Origin: Candidatus Kaiserbacteria bacterium
GTDB taxonomy: Bacteria; Patescibacteriota; Minisyncoccia; Phycocordibacterales; UBA2100
DNA: 64,000 nucleotides
Reading direction: 5' to 3'
Assembly (NCBI GenBank): GCA_016217965.1
Contig: JACRFI010000020.1
Span: forward strand, 11,550 to 75,549
Part shown: piece by piece, positions 50,193 to 60,255 of the stretch
Layout of the letters: each line of letters starts with the position of its first letter
Position numbering within the stretch: position 1 is the stretch's first letter
Notes under the pieces: model-generated
Told to the model about the DNA's origin: nothing
What the model saw: the letters and a program-made list of their open reading frames with translations, nothing else
The model's database searches: none
Translations under genes and position numbers: made by a program

Positions 50193-51137
50193 ATGGACAG
50201 AAATCTAGCCCTTGAATTCGTGCGTGTGACAGAAGCTGCGGCGTATGCGGCGGCGAAATGGGTAGGGAAAGGAGACAAGCTTAAGGCGGATGGTGCCGCG
50301 GTTGATGCGATGCGTGAGCGCCTGAACGAGATAGAGTTCAGCGGAATTATTGTGATAGGCGAGGGGCAGAAGGACGAAGCGCCAGAGTTGTACACGGGTG
50401 AGAAAGTGGGGAAAGGCGGCAAGCCGCACCTTGATCTCGCGGTGGATCCGCTGGAGTGCACTGATTCCGTTGCGTACGGCCGTTACAACGCGCTCGCAGT
50501 CATATCGACTGGCCCGAAGGGCAGCCTCCTTTCTGCACCGGACACGTACATGGAAAAGATCGCAGCTGGCCCTGGTGCCGCGAAAGCAATCGATATTGAT
50601 GCACCTGTTGCAACGAACCTAAAAAAAGTTGCGAAAGCATTGGGAAAGGATGTTGGCGAAATAACCGTATGCGTTTTGGACCGTGATAGGCATAAAGAAC
50701 TCATCGACGAGATACGGAAAGCGGGCGCGCGCGTACGCCTTATTACTGACGGCGATGTAGCGGGCGGCATTGCGCCATGCATGCCGGAAAGCGGGATAGA
50801 CATGTTGATGGGCATAGGTGCTTCTGCAGAGGCTGTTCTAGCCGCGACTGCCATTAAGGCGCTTGGTGGCGAAATACTCTGCCGTTTCAAGCCCAAAGAT
50901 GAAAAGCATGCAAAATTGGTCTCGGACAGCGGGCATACGACGAAGAAGATATTTTCTACGAACGATCTTGCGAAAGGCAAAGATCTTACCTTCACCGCGA
51001 CCGGCGTCATCGATGGCCCCTTGCTTACGGGCGTTCGTGTTGAGCGGGATATCGCTATCACCCATTCACTCGTAATTCAGGGAGTTTCAGGCACGCTACG
51101 CTATATAACCACGCATCATCGGCTGCCCGCGTATTGA
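50193..51137 (+). CDS. glpX: fructose-1,6-bisphosphatase class II
   Basis: ALEFVRVTEAAAYAAAKWVGKGDK N-terminus. Confidence 0.85.
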   Translation: MDRNLALEFVRVTEAAAYAAAKWVGKGDKLKADGAAVDAMRERLNEIEFSGIIVIGEGQKDEAPELYTGEKVGKGGKPHLDLAVDPLECTDSVAYGRYNALAVISTGPKGSLLSAPDTYMEKIAAGPGAAKAIDIDAPVATNLKKVAKALGKDVGEITVCVLDRDRHKELIDEIRKAGARVRLITDGDVAGGIAPCMPESGIDMLMGIGASAEAVLAATAIKALGGEILCRFKPKDEKHAKLVSDSGHTTKKIFSTNDLAKGKDLTFTATGVIDGPLLTGVRVERDIAITHSLVIQGVSGTLRYITTHHRLPAY

Positions 51138-51173
51138 TTTGTTATTATTTTTTTTATCATCTAACGTATTCGT

Positions 51174-52172
51174 ATGTCACTACAATCCGTTGCGCAGCAG
51201 ATGGTTGCTCCAGGCAAGGGGATACTTGCCGCCGATGAAAGTTCAGGAACTATAGAAAAGAAATTCGCGAAAGTTGGGCTCACTTCTACAGAAGAAAGCC
51301 GGCGTGATTATCGCGAGATGCTTTTCACATCTCCCGGCATTGGAGAATACATTTCTGGCGTCATTCTGTATGACGAAACTATCCGCCAAAAAGCTGATGA
51401 CGGCCGCACGATGGTGTCGATAATCGAGTCTGCAGGAATATTGCCAGGCATCAAAGTGGACCAGGGTACTGCTGCGATGGATGTGTCGCCGGAGGAAAAA
51501 GTGACAAAAGGATTGGACGGGCTTGGCGACAGGTTGAAAGAGTATGCCCAGCTTGGCGCGAAATTCGCAAAATGGCGTGCAGTTATCACGATCGGAAACG
51601 GCCTTCCTACAGACGGCAATATTCTCCGGAATGCACAAGACCTCGCGAGGTATGCCATGGAATGCCAGAAGGCGGGCGTGGTCCCAATGGTTGAACCGGA
51701 GGTTTTGATGGATGGTTCGCACACGCTTGATCAGTGCGTTGAAGCAAGCCGTAGGACACTAAAAATTCTTTTCGACGAATTGACTAGGCTCGGTGTTGAC
51801 ATAACAGGCACTATCCTCAAGACAAACATGATGGTCCCGGGGAAAGAGAGTGGGAAAAAAGCGACACCGGAGGAGGTCGCTGCCTCGACGGTACAGGTGT
51901 TCAAAGACATTCTTCCGGAGGGTTTGCCAGGGCAAGCATTCCTATCCGGTGGGCAGGGCGACGTGGAAGCGACAGAGAACCTCAATGCAATAAATAAAAT
52001 GGGACCATTTCCATGGAAGCTTTCATTTTCGTACGGCCGTGCGCTGCAAGATTCCGCACTCAAGGCATGGAACGGAAAGAAAGAGAACGTCACTGTGGCA
52101 CAGCAGGTCTTCCTCAAGCGTGCAAAAATGAACAGCCTTGCAACGCTCGGAACATATACAGGAGAGAACTAA
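51174..52172 (+). CDS. fructose-bisphosphate aldolase class I
   Basis: GKGILAADESSGTIEKKFAKVGL. Confidence 0.85.
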   Translation: MSLQSVAQQMVAPGKGILAADESSGTIEKKFAKVGLTSTEESRRDYREMLFTSPGIGEYISGVILYDETIRQKADDGRTMVSIIESAGILPGIKVDQGTAAMDVSPEEKVTKGLDGLGDRLKEYAQLGAKFAKWRAVITIGNGLPTDGNILRNAQDLARYAMECQKAGVVPMVEPEVLMDGSHTLDQCVEASRRTLKILFDELTRLGVDITGTILKTNMMVPGKESGKKATPEEVAASTVQVFKDILPEGLPGQAFLSGGQGDVEATENLNAINKMGPFPWKLSFSYGRALQDSALKAWNGKKENVTVAQQVFLKRAKMNSLATLGTYTGEN

Positions 52173-52801
52173 GGCAGAACAATGGGGAGGATGTCCTCGA
52201 TTTTGTGGATCACGTGGTCGGGTTTTAGCGATTCTACATCTGCATGAAGGCCGTGAGATACGGCGATGGTGCGGGCGCCGGCACTCTTTCCCGATTCTAT
52301 GTCTGCCGGCGAGTCGCCAACGACAAACGCATCTTTAGGAGCGATCTCAAATGGGCGAAGGGCGGCAAAGACGTGCTCAGGATCAGGCTTCGTGCGCAGG
52401 ACGTCATCTGCGCAGCAGAGGCCGTCAAAGTATTCAAGTATCCCAGACTGTGTCATTGTTTTAATTGAAGACTCGCGTACACGATTGGTCATAGTTACGA
52501 GCTTGATGCCGTTTTCTCGTATTGTTTGCAGAGTCTCTGGGACGCCAGCGAACGGCTTCACGAGATCCATGTGGGCGTCCTGGAATTCGCGATGCTTTTC
52601 TCTAAGGGCGGCGAAATCTTGGCCTGGGAATAGATTTGCGTACGTGTCTTTCAGCGTATTTCCGAGGCTCAGCTCATGCAGCATGAGGGGTCGCGAAATT
52701 GGAGTGCCGCGGCTTTCTCCAACATATAGGTAGGCCTCTAATATCCAATCCGCCGTGTCGAGCAGTGTTCCATCAACATCGAATACGACTGCCTTCGCCA
52801 T
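52169..52801 (-). CDS. HAD-superfamily hydrolase (phosphoglycolate-phosphatase-like)
   Basis: VVFDVDGTLLDT motif I; start set at MAKAVV. Confidence 0.75.
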   Translation of the reverse strand: MAKAVVFDVDGTLLDTADWILEAYLYVGESRGTPISRPLMLHELSLGNTLKDTYANLFPGQDFAALREKHREFQDAHMDLVKPFAGVPETLQTIRENGIKLVTMTNRVRESSIKTMTQSGILEYFDGLCCADDVLRTKPDPEHVFAALRPFEIAPKDAFVVGDSPADIESGKSAGARTIAVSHGLHADVESLKPDHVIHKIEDILPIVLP

Positions 52802-53272
52802 GCGCGGATTATATAGTGTATTTTGAATCTTTGCTTTCCGCTTGAAACTCACAAGGCCTTCATAGTTCATTGGTACTCTCGCGCGAAGGGTGTGGTCGAG
52901 CCCCTGATGAGGGTCATCAGTAAAGCCGTGGCGCCCACGCGGCATTATTCGTCGGGTTACTGTAAAAAAATATGACACACACTAAAGGCCATGAACGCGT
53001 TGATGTGGAGAGCGAAACAGACACAATGGATGAGACAAGAAAAACCGAGAAAAAAGAAGAAATGGAAGACACAGACAGGGATGAGGGGCGTGAGGCAATG
53101 AGTTCCTCGCCGGAAAATAAGACAGGCGATGCCCCATAGGACTGGCCGAGGGCTGTGCGGCATGGTGGGCGCATGCCGCGCGCCACTGCGTTTTTGCGGG
53201 GTTTTGTTTATTTAGTTGGGGAAAGCGGAGGGCTGCGCTCTGAAAGCTTTTCGTGTGATACGATTCGTGCAC

Positions 53273-53857
53273 ATGATACGGCATATATCGGGAATTATAT
53301 TTGCGGTCCTTGTTGTTTTCGCGCTGATCGCTGCGTATGCGACGTACGTCAGTCTGCGCCAGGATCCGGAGCAGTTGGATAACGTGGGAAAGCAAGAGGA
53401 ACCAAAGATGCTGTCGTATTCAAACTCTACATATGGGATTTCATTCAAGTATCCTTCTACATATCAACTGGCCGAGAAAGAAGTCGGCGACGCACATCGA
53501 GCGCACTATTCAATAGTGTTGATGAGGAAGGAAGACCTGCCTCCGCCACAAAATGGCGAGGGGCCGCCGGCTATATCTATAGATATATACCAGAATGACA
53601 TCGATAGAATGGAATTAGTAGACTGGGTTGTCGGTACAAGCTATTCAAATTTCAAACTCGGCACTGGCACGTACACATCCACGAGTGTGTCAGGAGTGGA
53701 AGCAGTGCGCTACAACTGGAGTGGCCTCTATGAGGGAGAGACCGTCGCATTCGCTCACCAAAAGAACATTGTTGCGGCGTCAGTCACATACCTAGATCCG
53801 AACAATGATATCCGCAGAGACTTCGATACACTGTTAGCCTCGATACTTCTCGATTAA
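53273..53857 (+). CDS. hypothetical membrane-anchored protein
   Basis: TM GIIFAVLVVFALIAAYATYV. Confidence 0.45.
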   Translation: MIRHISGIIFAVLVVFALIAAYATYVSLRQDPEQLDNVGKQEEPKMLSYSNSTYGISFKYPSTYQLAEKEVGDAHRAHYSIVLMRKEDLPPPQNGEGPPAISIDIYQNDIDRMELVDWVVGTSYSNFKLGTGTYTSTSVSGVEAVRYNWSGLYEGETVAFAHQKNIVAASVTYLDPNNDIRRDFDTLLASILLD

Positions 53858-53960
53858 CCTAACACATATTCAGGGGTTCACCTTGGATTCATCTGACGTT
53901 TTTAGGATTGGTGCTTAGTCGGTGCGCCAAAGAGCGCGCCGAGGTAATGAAATAACATGT

Positions 53961-54176
53961 ATGAAGCACGTACGTAAGATCGTCGGGGCTACGCTCCTTA
54001 CAACTCTCGCACTAGCGGGAGAGGCGGCGGCGCAAGTCTCGACAACGACGCCGGGGATACCCAACACAGGGGTGGGTGGAGGCAGCACGGAAATGATGGT
54101 TCTCCTAGGGATAGCCTTTCTGGCAGCAGCATCGGTCGGGTATCTGTATGCCCGTTCTCGAGGCATGCAGGCGTAA
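53961..54176 (+). CDS. very small sortase-substrate-like protein (IPNTG sorting signal)
   Basis: Signal peptide MKHVRKIVGATLLTTLALAGEAAA; IPNTG + hydrophobic span + RSRG tail. Confidence 0.55.
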   Translation: MKHVRKIVGATLLTTLALAGEAAAQVSTTTPGIPNTGVGGGSTEMMVLLGIAFLAAASVGYLYARSRGMQA

Positions 54177-54462
54177 AGGTGAGTGAGAGGCAGGCGCCGC
54201 CATTAATGGCGGCGCCTGCGAGGCACCCATTGAAATATTAGAAAGAACGCAACGTCTTACTGTAGCATGGCGCACCGAAGTTCTAGAACCCATCTCAAAA
54301 TAAATCGCAGGAATAGAGCACAACATAGCTTGGCTACTGCGGCCACATTCTCGCGGCTGCGACGTGTAACGGCTCGACCTCATCGTGTCCCCGACACGCT
54401 TCGCTCTGCGCCGACCCGCCTCACTCGCGAGAATGTGCCCTCGTTACGCCATTTATTTTGAT

Positions 54463-55047
54463 ATGGGTTCTTCATCTTTCATAATGCGCTCCCTGGTTCT
54501 CTCGCTGTGTGTGGTGAGCGGTTTTTTTGTGGCTCATGTATTCAGTGGTCTCACGGCAGATGCTCCCTTGGCGAACGCGGAGGAAAAAAAAGTTGAACTA
54601 CGATACTATCCCGTGCGGCTCCTTGTTCCATCTCAGCACATTGATGCATACGTTGAGCCTGTAGGCGCCAAGGAAAATGGCGACATGGCAACACCGAGCA
54701 ATTTTCACAATGTCGCGTGGTACATGATGGGCTCTGCTCCAGGAGAGCGCGGGAGTGCAGTCATTGCGGGGCATGTTGATAATGCGCTTGGGCTCGCCGG
54801 AGTGTTTAAGGAACTGAAAAATGTTAGGCCCGGAGATGATATCTACGTTGAGACTGCAGAGGGGAAAAAGCTCCGCTTTGAGGTCGTCAGTTCGAAATCG
54901 TACGCATATAACAAAGCACCAGCAGATGCGATATTCGATGATACCGGTCCATCGAGACTCGCTCTTATTACTTGTGATGGTGACTGGATCAAGGATAAGA
55001 AGACATATGACCATAGGCTCGTCGTTACGGCGCGGTTAGTTGAATAG
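54463..55047 (+). CDS. sortase family transpeptidase
   Basis: LALITCDGDW catalytic Cys motif; N-terminal TM. Confidence 0.75.
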   Translation: MGSSSFIMRSLVLSLCVVSGFFVAHVFSGLTADAPLANAEEKKVELRYYPVRLLVPSQHIDAYVEPVGAKENGDMATPSNFHNVAWYMMGSAPGERGSAVIAGHVDNALGLAGVFKELKNVRPGDDIYVETAEGKKLRFEVVSSKSYAYNKAPADAIFDDTGPSRLALITCDGDWIKDKKTYDHRLVVTARLVE

Positions 55048-55094
55048 CATCTCGTTACAAGGTAGGCTGATAAGACGAGCAAAAGAGGCTCTTT

Positions 55095-57347
55095 ATGCGC
55101 CAAGTTTTTCTCATCGTTTTCGGCGTTATATTCGGGGTTAGTGTTGTTGCACTTCTCTTTACCTATTTCCAAGCACAGCAAGAACGGTTCGCACTTTCGG
55201 CGGACATGCAATACCGGACCCGTCTTCTCGCGGACAGCCTCAATGAATCGATAGAGCCAGCACGACAGCGAAACGCGACATCAACGCTAGAAAAGATCGC
55301 GACGTCGTTCGCGGGCCGTGAGCGGCTTCTTGGCGTGGTTATCTATGACCGGCAGGGCAATGTGATAGTTAAGTCGAAAGATGTTCCGGAAGATGTTGAT
55401 GTTGCAAAACGCATCGTGGAGGATGCAATAAAAAAAGACGAGCCTGTAGGAGATTTTCTTGTCGTCGACACGATGCAACTGTACGTCCTTGCGCATCCGG
55501 TGCATCGCGAGGAAGGCCCTGCTGGAGCATTCATTGTCGTGCAGGATGCCTCGTACATAGAGGAGAGTGTTGCCGGACAGTGGCGTGACAGCCTCCTCGG
55601 CGTATTCATTTACATATTGCTCTTTTCTGTTGCTATCGCCGCACTCGTACGTTGGGTTATCTTTAAGCCGCTCACGAATCTTGCCGAGGCGATAAAGTCT
55701 GCTCGGGCGGGGAGAGGAAGAGTTTCTGAAACACAACATGGCATGTTCTTTCGCCCGCTTGCAAGCGAGATAGGAAAATTGACACACTCGCTTGCCCAAG
55801 CCCGAACCGCAGCGAGCGAAGAAGCTCGTATGCGGCTCGAGAAGTTGGATACTCCATGGACTGAAGAGCGGCTCAAGGAATTCATAAAAGCGTATTTGAA
55901 GGACAGGCAGATATTTGTTGTCTCAAATAGAGAGCCATACATACACACGAGAGATGGTGGAGAGGTTGCGTATTCTGTTCCGGCAAGTGGCATGGTGACC
56001 GCGCTCGAGTCTGTTATGGCTGCCTGCGGCGGCACTTGGATAGCGCATGGAAGCGGGAGTGGAGATAGAGAAACGGCGGACCAAGATGGAAAGATACAAG
56101 TGCCGCCAGATGACCCGAAGTACATGTTGAAGCGCATTTGGCTCACAGGAAAAGAAGTGAAAGGGTATTACACAGGATTCTCGAACGAAGCTCTATGGCC
56201 GCTCTGTCACATTGCGCACACACGCCCGGCGTTCCGTAAAGAAGATTGGATTACATATAAACGCGTGAACGGTCTGTTTGCAAAGACACTTCTTTCAGAA
56301 TTGAAGGGCATTGAGCGGCCTCTCATTCTCGTTCAGGATTATCATCTCGCGCTTCTGCCGCGAATGATAAAAGAGGCGCGTCCGGATGCGCAAATAGGGC
56401 TTTTCTGGCACATCCCATGGCCGTCGGCGGAGGCGTTTAGCATTTGTCCGTGGAGAAAAGAGATTCTCGATGGGATGCTCGGGAGCGATATCATCGGGTT
56501 CCACACGCAGCAGTTCTGCAACAACTTTATTGAAACAGTCGGGAAAGAAGTGGAATCGCTCATCGACCTTGAGCAGTTTGCGATAACGCGTGATGAGCAC
56601 ATAACACGCATCAAACCGTTCCCTATTAGCATCTCATTCACAGATGCGATGCATGAGAAAGAGGCGGAGGCACCGACGCGCGCATCGCTCGAGGCCTTGA
56701 ATATTACGACCGAGTTCGTGGGCCTTGGCGTAGACCGCCTCGATTATACAAAAGGTATTTTGGAGCGACTCCGGGGCGTCGAATTTTTTCTCGATGCGCA
56801 TCCGGAATACGCTCATAAATTCACGTTTCTTCAGATTGCGCCGATAAGCCGGGGAGAATCCGAAACATACCAGCAATTCGCGCAATCGGTAGAGAAAGAA
56901 GTGTCGCGCATTAACACGAAGTTCTCCGCCCGAGGAGGATCCGCTTTTGGTGGAAAGAGAAATGGTTGGCAGCCGATCGTGCTTCAAACGCGGCATTTTT
57001 CCCACGCAGAGCTGCGCCCCTTGTATCGTTTGGCACATGCTTGTCTTGTAACTTCCCTCCATGACGGGATGAATTTGGTTGCGAAAGAATTTGTCGCCGC
57101 GCGCGACGATGAAGCAGGCGTTCTTATACTCAGTAAATTCACTGGGGCATCTCGCGATTTTGACAGAGGGGCAATTATCGTGAATCCATACAGCGCGGAG
57201 GAAGTAGCAGAATCTATCCATCAGGCGCTTCTTATGCCGAAGCCAGAGCAGCACAGGCGCATGAAAATGATGCGCAATTCCATTCGCGATTATAATGTCT
57301 ACCGCTGGGCGGCGGAATTTATAAAAGCCGTAGCCGCTCTTAGGTAA
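55095..57347 (+). CDS. GT20 trehalose-6-phosphate-synthase-like glycosyltransferase with N-terminal two-TM + HAMP-like sensor extension
   Basis: VVSNREPY, GFFLHIPWPS-like HIPWPSAE, C-terminal GT-B motifs; N-terminal 270 aa with TM1, extracytoplasmic segment, TM2, HAMP-like. Confidence 0.7.
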   Translation: MRQVFLIVFGVIFGVSVVALLFTYFQAQQERFALSADMQYRTRLLADSLNESIEPARQRNATSTLEKIATSFAGRERLLGVVIYDRQGNVIVKSKDVPEDVDVAKRIVEDAIKKDEPVGDFLVVDTMQLYVLAHPVHREEGPAGAFIVVQDASYIEESVAGQWRDSLLGVFIYILLFSVAIAALVRWVIFKPLTNLAEAIKSARAGRGRVSETQHGMFFRPLASEIGKLTHSLAQARTAASEEARMRLEKLDTPWTEERLKEFIKAYLKDRQIFVVSNREPYIHTRDGGEVAYSVPASGMVTALESVMAACGGTWIAHGSGSGDRETADQDGKIQVPPDDPKYMLKRIWLTGKEVKGYYTGFSNEALWPLCHIAHTRPAFRKEDWITYKRVNGLFAKTLLSELKGIERPLILVQDYHLALLPRMIKEARPDAQIGLFWHIPWPSAEAFSICPWRKEILDGMLGSDIIGFHTQQFCNNFIETVGKEVESLIDLEQFAITRDEHITRIKPFPISISFTDAMHEKEAEAPTRASLEALNITTEFVGLGVDRLDYTKGILERLRGVEFFLDAHPEYAHKFTFLQIAPISRGESETYQQFAQSVEKEVSRINTKFSARGGSAFGGKRNGWQPIVLQTRHFSHAELRPLYRLAHACLVTSLHDGMNLVAKEFVAARDDEAGVLILSKFTGASRDFDRGAIIVNPYSAEEVAESIHQALLMPKPEQHRRMKMMRNSIRDYNVYRWAAEFIKAVAALR

Positions 57348-57348
57348 C

Positions 57349-58122
57349 ATGAATTATTCTGAAACCGTATTGCCGGTTATGCGGGAGACGCGGGACATGT
57401 TGCTATCACATTGGGGGAAAGCGAAGGCGGTCAACCAGAAGACGGATTCGGCGTGGAGCGTCGTGACGCAACTCGATATTGATGTAGAAACGTTTGTGAT
57501 GGCAGAGCTAACACGCATCCACACGGACATCGAGTTCGTCGGAGAAGAGCGCGGCGGAGATAGGACCGCAAAGAAATTTTGGCTGATGGACCCCATAGAC
57601 GGCACGGCGCACTACATTCGTGGACTTCCATTCTGTACGTCCATGCTTGCCCTCGTTGATGCCGGCGAAGTAGTGTTCTCCGCAATATACGATTTTCTGC
57701 ACGACGAGATGTATTCGGCTGAAAAAGGAAAAGGTGCTTTTAAAAACGATAAAGCCATCCGCGTGAGCGAGCGCCCGTTATCGAGCGCGTTTGTGTCATT
57801 TGAGACACGAGTCGAGGTGCCTGAGAATGCGGCACTGAGGAATACGATGCGCGAGAGGACGGACCTTGTGACCACCTTCTCTGCAGGGTGGGAATTCGCC
57901 ATGGTGGCATCGGGAAAAATTGATGCGCGTGTCTGCAAAGACCCATACGGCATGGATTATGATTTTGCACCGGGGACGCTGCTTGTCACGGAAGCAGGGG
58001 GAATTGTTCGAAATATAGGTTCGAATGATTTTGATTACAAGAATCTCAACTTTATCGCTGCAAACCCCACGGTGTACAAAGATCTTACCGAGGGCGAGGA
58101 AGCGTTATTTCCCTTGAAATAG
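57349..58122 (+). CDS. inositol-monophosphatase-family phosphatase
   Basis: WLMDPIDGT, EERGGD. Confidence 0.75.
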   Translation: MNYSETVLPVMRETRDMLLSHWGKAKAVNQKTDSAWSVVTQLDIDVETFVMAELTRIHTDIEFVGEERGGDRTAKKFWLMDPIDGTAHYIRGLPFCTSMLALVDAGEVVFSAIYDFLHDEMYSAEKGKGAFKNDKAIRVSERPLSSAFVSFETRVEVPENAALRNTMRERTDLVTTFSAGWEFAMVASGKIDARVCKDPYGMDYDFAPGTLLVTEAGGIVRNIGSNDFDYKNLNFIAANPTVYKDLTEGEEALFPLK

Positions 58123-58224
58123 AAGCATATTTTGGCGCATGGGGACAAACGCCAGTGCGGTCCCACAGCGGGACTATAATTGCGGCAAGGGTCGATTACG
58201 TACGTATATAGCGTGCAATTTTGT

Positions 58225-58452
58225 ATGAAGTGGTTACACATGGTTGCGTTTGTTCTTGTCATTGTAGGGGCGCTCAACTGGCTCCTGCTCGCGCTTACCG
58301 GATGGGAGATCGGCTCTTTGTTCGGCGGCATGAGTTCTACGCTCTCGCAAATAATCTATATCTTGGTCGGACTATCGGCCATCTATCTCATTGTGATGCA
58401 CAGGAAAGAGTGCGTGCATTGCATGGCGGGAGGTAGTTCGAAACCGATGTAG
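58225..58452 (+). CDS. DUF378-family small membrane protein
   Basis: VIVGALNWLLLALTGWEI. Confidence 0.6.
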   Translation: MKWLHMVAFVLVIVGALNWLLLALTGWEIGSLFGGMSSTLSQIIYILVGLSAIYLIVMHRKECVHCMAGGSSKPM

Positions 58453-58565
58453 GAGATGTTTGCAGAAGTAGGCGTGCGCCCTGCCTGCGGTAGCAGGGGT
58501 GGGTCCAAAATCGAAATCCCATGGCAAAACCATGGGATTTCTCATTTCGTGGTAAATTGTTGGCA

Positions 58566-58988
58566 ATGGAAGAACGTCCGCTTGTCGGTGTGGGTGTCAT
58601 GATATTGAAAGAGGGCAAGGTGCTTCTTGGTAAACGCAAAAAATTTCCGGGGCAGGGAGAGTGGGCTTTTCCCGGCGGCCATCTCGAGTACATGGAGTCG
58701 TTCGAAGAGTGCGCAAGGCGCGAGACGAGTGAGGAGAGCGGTGTCGAGATAGAAAATGTTCGATTTCTGTTCCTTGGAAACGCACTCATGTGGGAATCAC
58801 ATCACTTCATTCAGGTGTCGTTCGTAGCCGACTGGAAAAGCGGGGAACCTCAAAATCTTGAGCCGGAAAAATGCGAGGGATGGGACTGGTTTTCATTCGA
58901 CGCGCTTCCTTCTCCCATGATGAGCGTTGCGAAGATTGCGATCGATGCGTATCGCCAGGGTTTCAATTATCGTGACGGTATCACGTAA
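58566..58988 (+). CDS. NUDIX hydrolase
   Basis: GGHLEYMESFEECARRETSEESGV Nudix box. Confidence 0.85.
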   Translation: MEERPLVGVGVMILKEGKVLLGKRKKFPGQGEWAFPGGHLEYMESFEECARRETSEESGVEIENVRFLFLGNALMWESHHFIQVSFVADWKSGEPQNLEPEKCEGWDWFSFDALPSPMMSVAKIAIDAYRQGFNYRDGIT

Positions 58989-59034
58989 AGTCCACTTGAC
59001 ATGACGATACAAGCTCATACAGTGCAGGAATACC

Positions 59035-59232
59035 ATGAATGTTCGAAACAACATGCAAAAATTCCGTTCCGATCGCGGTTTTACACAAGAAGAACTCGCG
59101 GAGAAAGCGCAGGTATCGAGGCAAACCATCATAGCGATCGAAAAGGGGAACTACACTCCATCGGTTTTGCTTGCCCTCAAGATCGCTCGGATCTTTAGGA
59201 GGCCGGTTGAGGACATATTTACTATTTCGTAA
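59035..59232 (+). CDS. XRE-family HTH transcriptional regulator
   Basis: GFTQEELAEKAQVSRQTIIAIEKG. Confidence 0.85.
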   Translation: MNVRNNMQKFRSDRGFTQEELAEKAQVSRQTIIAIEKGNYTPSVLLALKIARIFRRPVEDIFTIS

Positions 59233-59240
59233 TTCACGAT

Positions 59241-59588
59241 ATGCAGTACATCCTTGCGCTCATTCTTCTCGTTTCTCTATTTGCTCTCACCGATCCATTC
59301 ATGTACTGGATGCCGGATATGGCCGCCATGGTGGCGCTTGTATCGGCTGCCGCACTATCGGCAATGTGGATCGGATTTGTCGCGAGAGAGCATGGCGGAG
59401 ACGAGCGGGATGTACAAAACCGCATGTACGCGGGGCGCATAGCGTACCTTTCGGGAATTGGGATTCTTACGCTTGCACTCGTTCTGCAAGGCGTTGCACA
59501 TGCAATTGATCCGTGGATACCTCTTGCGCTCGGTACCATGGTTCTCGCGAAGGTTGTTTCTGGGTGGTACACGGATCGTTTTTGTTAG
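59241..59588 (+). CDS. small membrane protein (XRE-associated)
   Basis: three hydrophobic segments; 8 bp after XRE gene. Confidence 0.5.
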   Translation: MQYILALILLVSLFALTDPFMYWMPDMAAMVALVSAAALSAMWIGFVAREHGGDERDVQNRMYAGRIAYLSGIGILTLALVLQGVAHAIDPWIPLALGTMVLAKVVSGWYTDRFC

Positions 59589-59609
59589 TGCGCACTTGTC
59601 CACAGCGCA

Positions 59610-59631
59610 AATGTAAAGTCAACTTTACATT
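59610..59631. promoter_or_regulatory. palindrome AATGTAAAGT-CA-ACTTTACATT
   Basis: 10-bp perfect arms, 2-bp spacer; 50 bp upstream of thioredoxin gene. Confidence 0.55.
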
Positions 59632-59680
59632 ACGCCCCAAGGTTCTATACTGCAGACATTATTCCTTTCGCGCGAAAAAT

Positions 59681-60253
59681 ATGAATACACAAATAGCAGT
59701 TGCCGGATTAATCATCGTGCTAGTTCTGGGGGGAAGCTGGTACTACTTTTCGAGCAAGGACGAGCTCATGATGCAGAAAGAGGAAACAATGATGAAGGAC
59801 GAGGCAGTGCAGAAAGACGTGATGGAAAAAGAGGAAGATTCGATGATGGAGAAAGATGAGATGGACGCTGATGATTCGATAAAAAAAGATGAAATCATGA
59901 AAACGGAGGGGGACGCGATGGAGAAGGGAGCAATGATGGCGCATGGCGGGACGTACGAAGCCTATTCACCAGAGAAGATTGCATGGGCAGAGGCAGGAGA
60001 TGTGGTGCTATTTTTCCGGGCAGCATGGTGTCCAACATGCAGAACCGTTGATGCAGATATCAAGGCGCATCTCTCGCAGATTCCCGAGAATCTCACAATT
60101 CTTGATGTGAATTACGACGATTCGGCATCTCTTAAGCAGAAATATGGCGTTACTTATCAACACACATTCGTGCAAGTTGATATGCAAGGCACTATGATTG
60201 CAAAGTGGAGCGGGAGCCCGACTCTTTCTGATATCGTGGCTCGCGTGAAGTAA
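59681..60253 (+). CDS. membrane-anchored thioredoxin-like protein with Met/acidic-rich linker
   Basis: AAWCPTCR CxxC; linker MMQKEETMMKDE...SMMEKDEMDADDS...AMMAHGG. Confidence 0.7.
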   Translation: MNTQIAVAGLIIVLVLGGSWYYFSSKDELMMQKEETMMKDEAVQKDVMEKEEDSMMEKDEMDADDSIKKDEIMKTEGDAMEKGAMMAHGGTYEAYSPEKIAWAEAGDVVLFFRAAWCPTCRTVDADIKAHLSQIPENLTILDVNYDDSASLKQKYGVTYQHTFVQVDMQGTMIAKWSGSPTLSDIVARVK

Positions 60254-60255
60254 GC

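Noticed and set aside
52972-53142. 56-codon highly acidic ORF (MTHTKGHERVDVESETDTMDETRKTEKKEEMEDTDRDEGREAMSSSPENKTGDAP) in the 414-bp gap after the HAD gene
   Set aside because: Extreme low complexity and no convincing RBS; kept only as a note because the intergenic region is unusually long.
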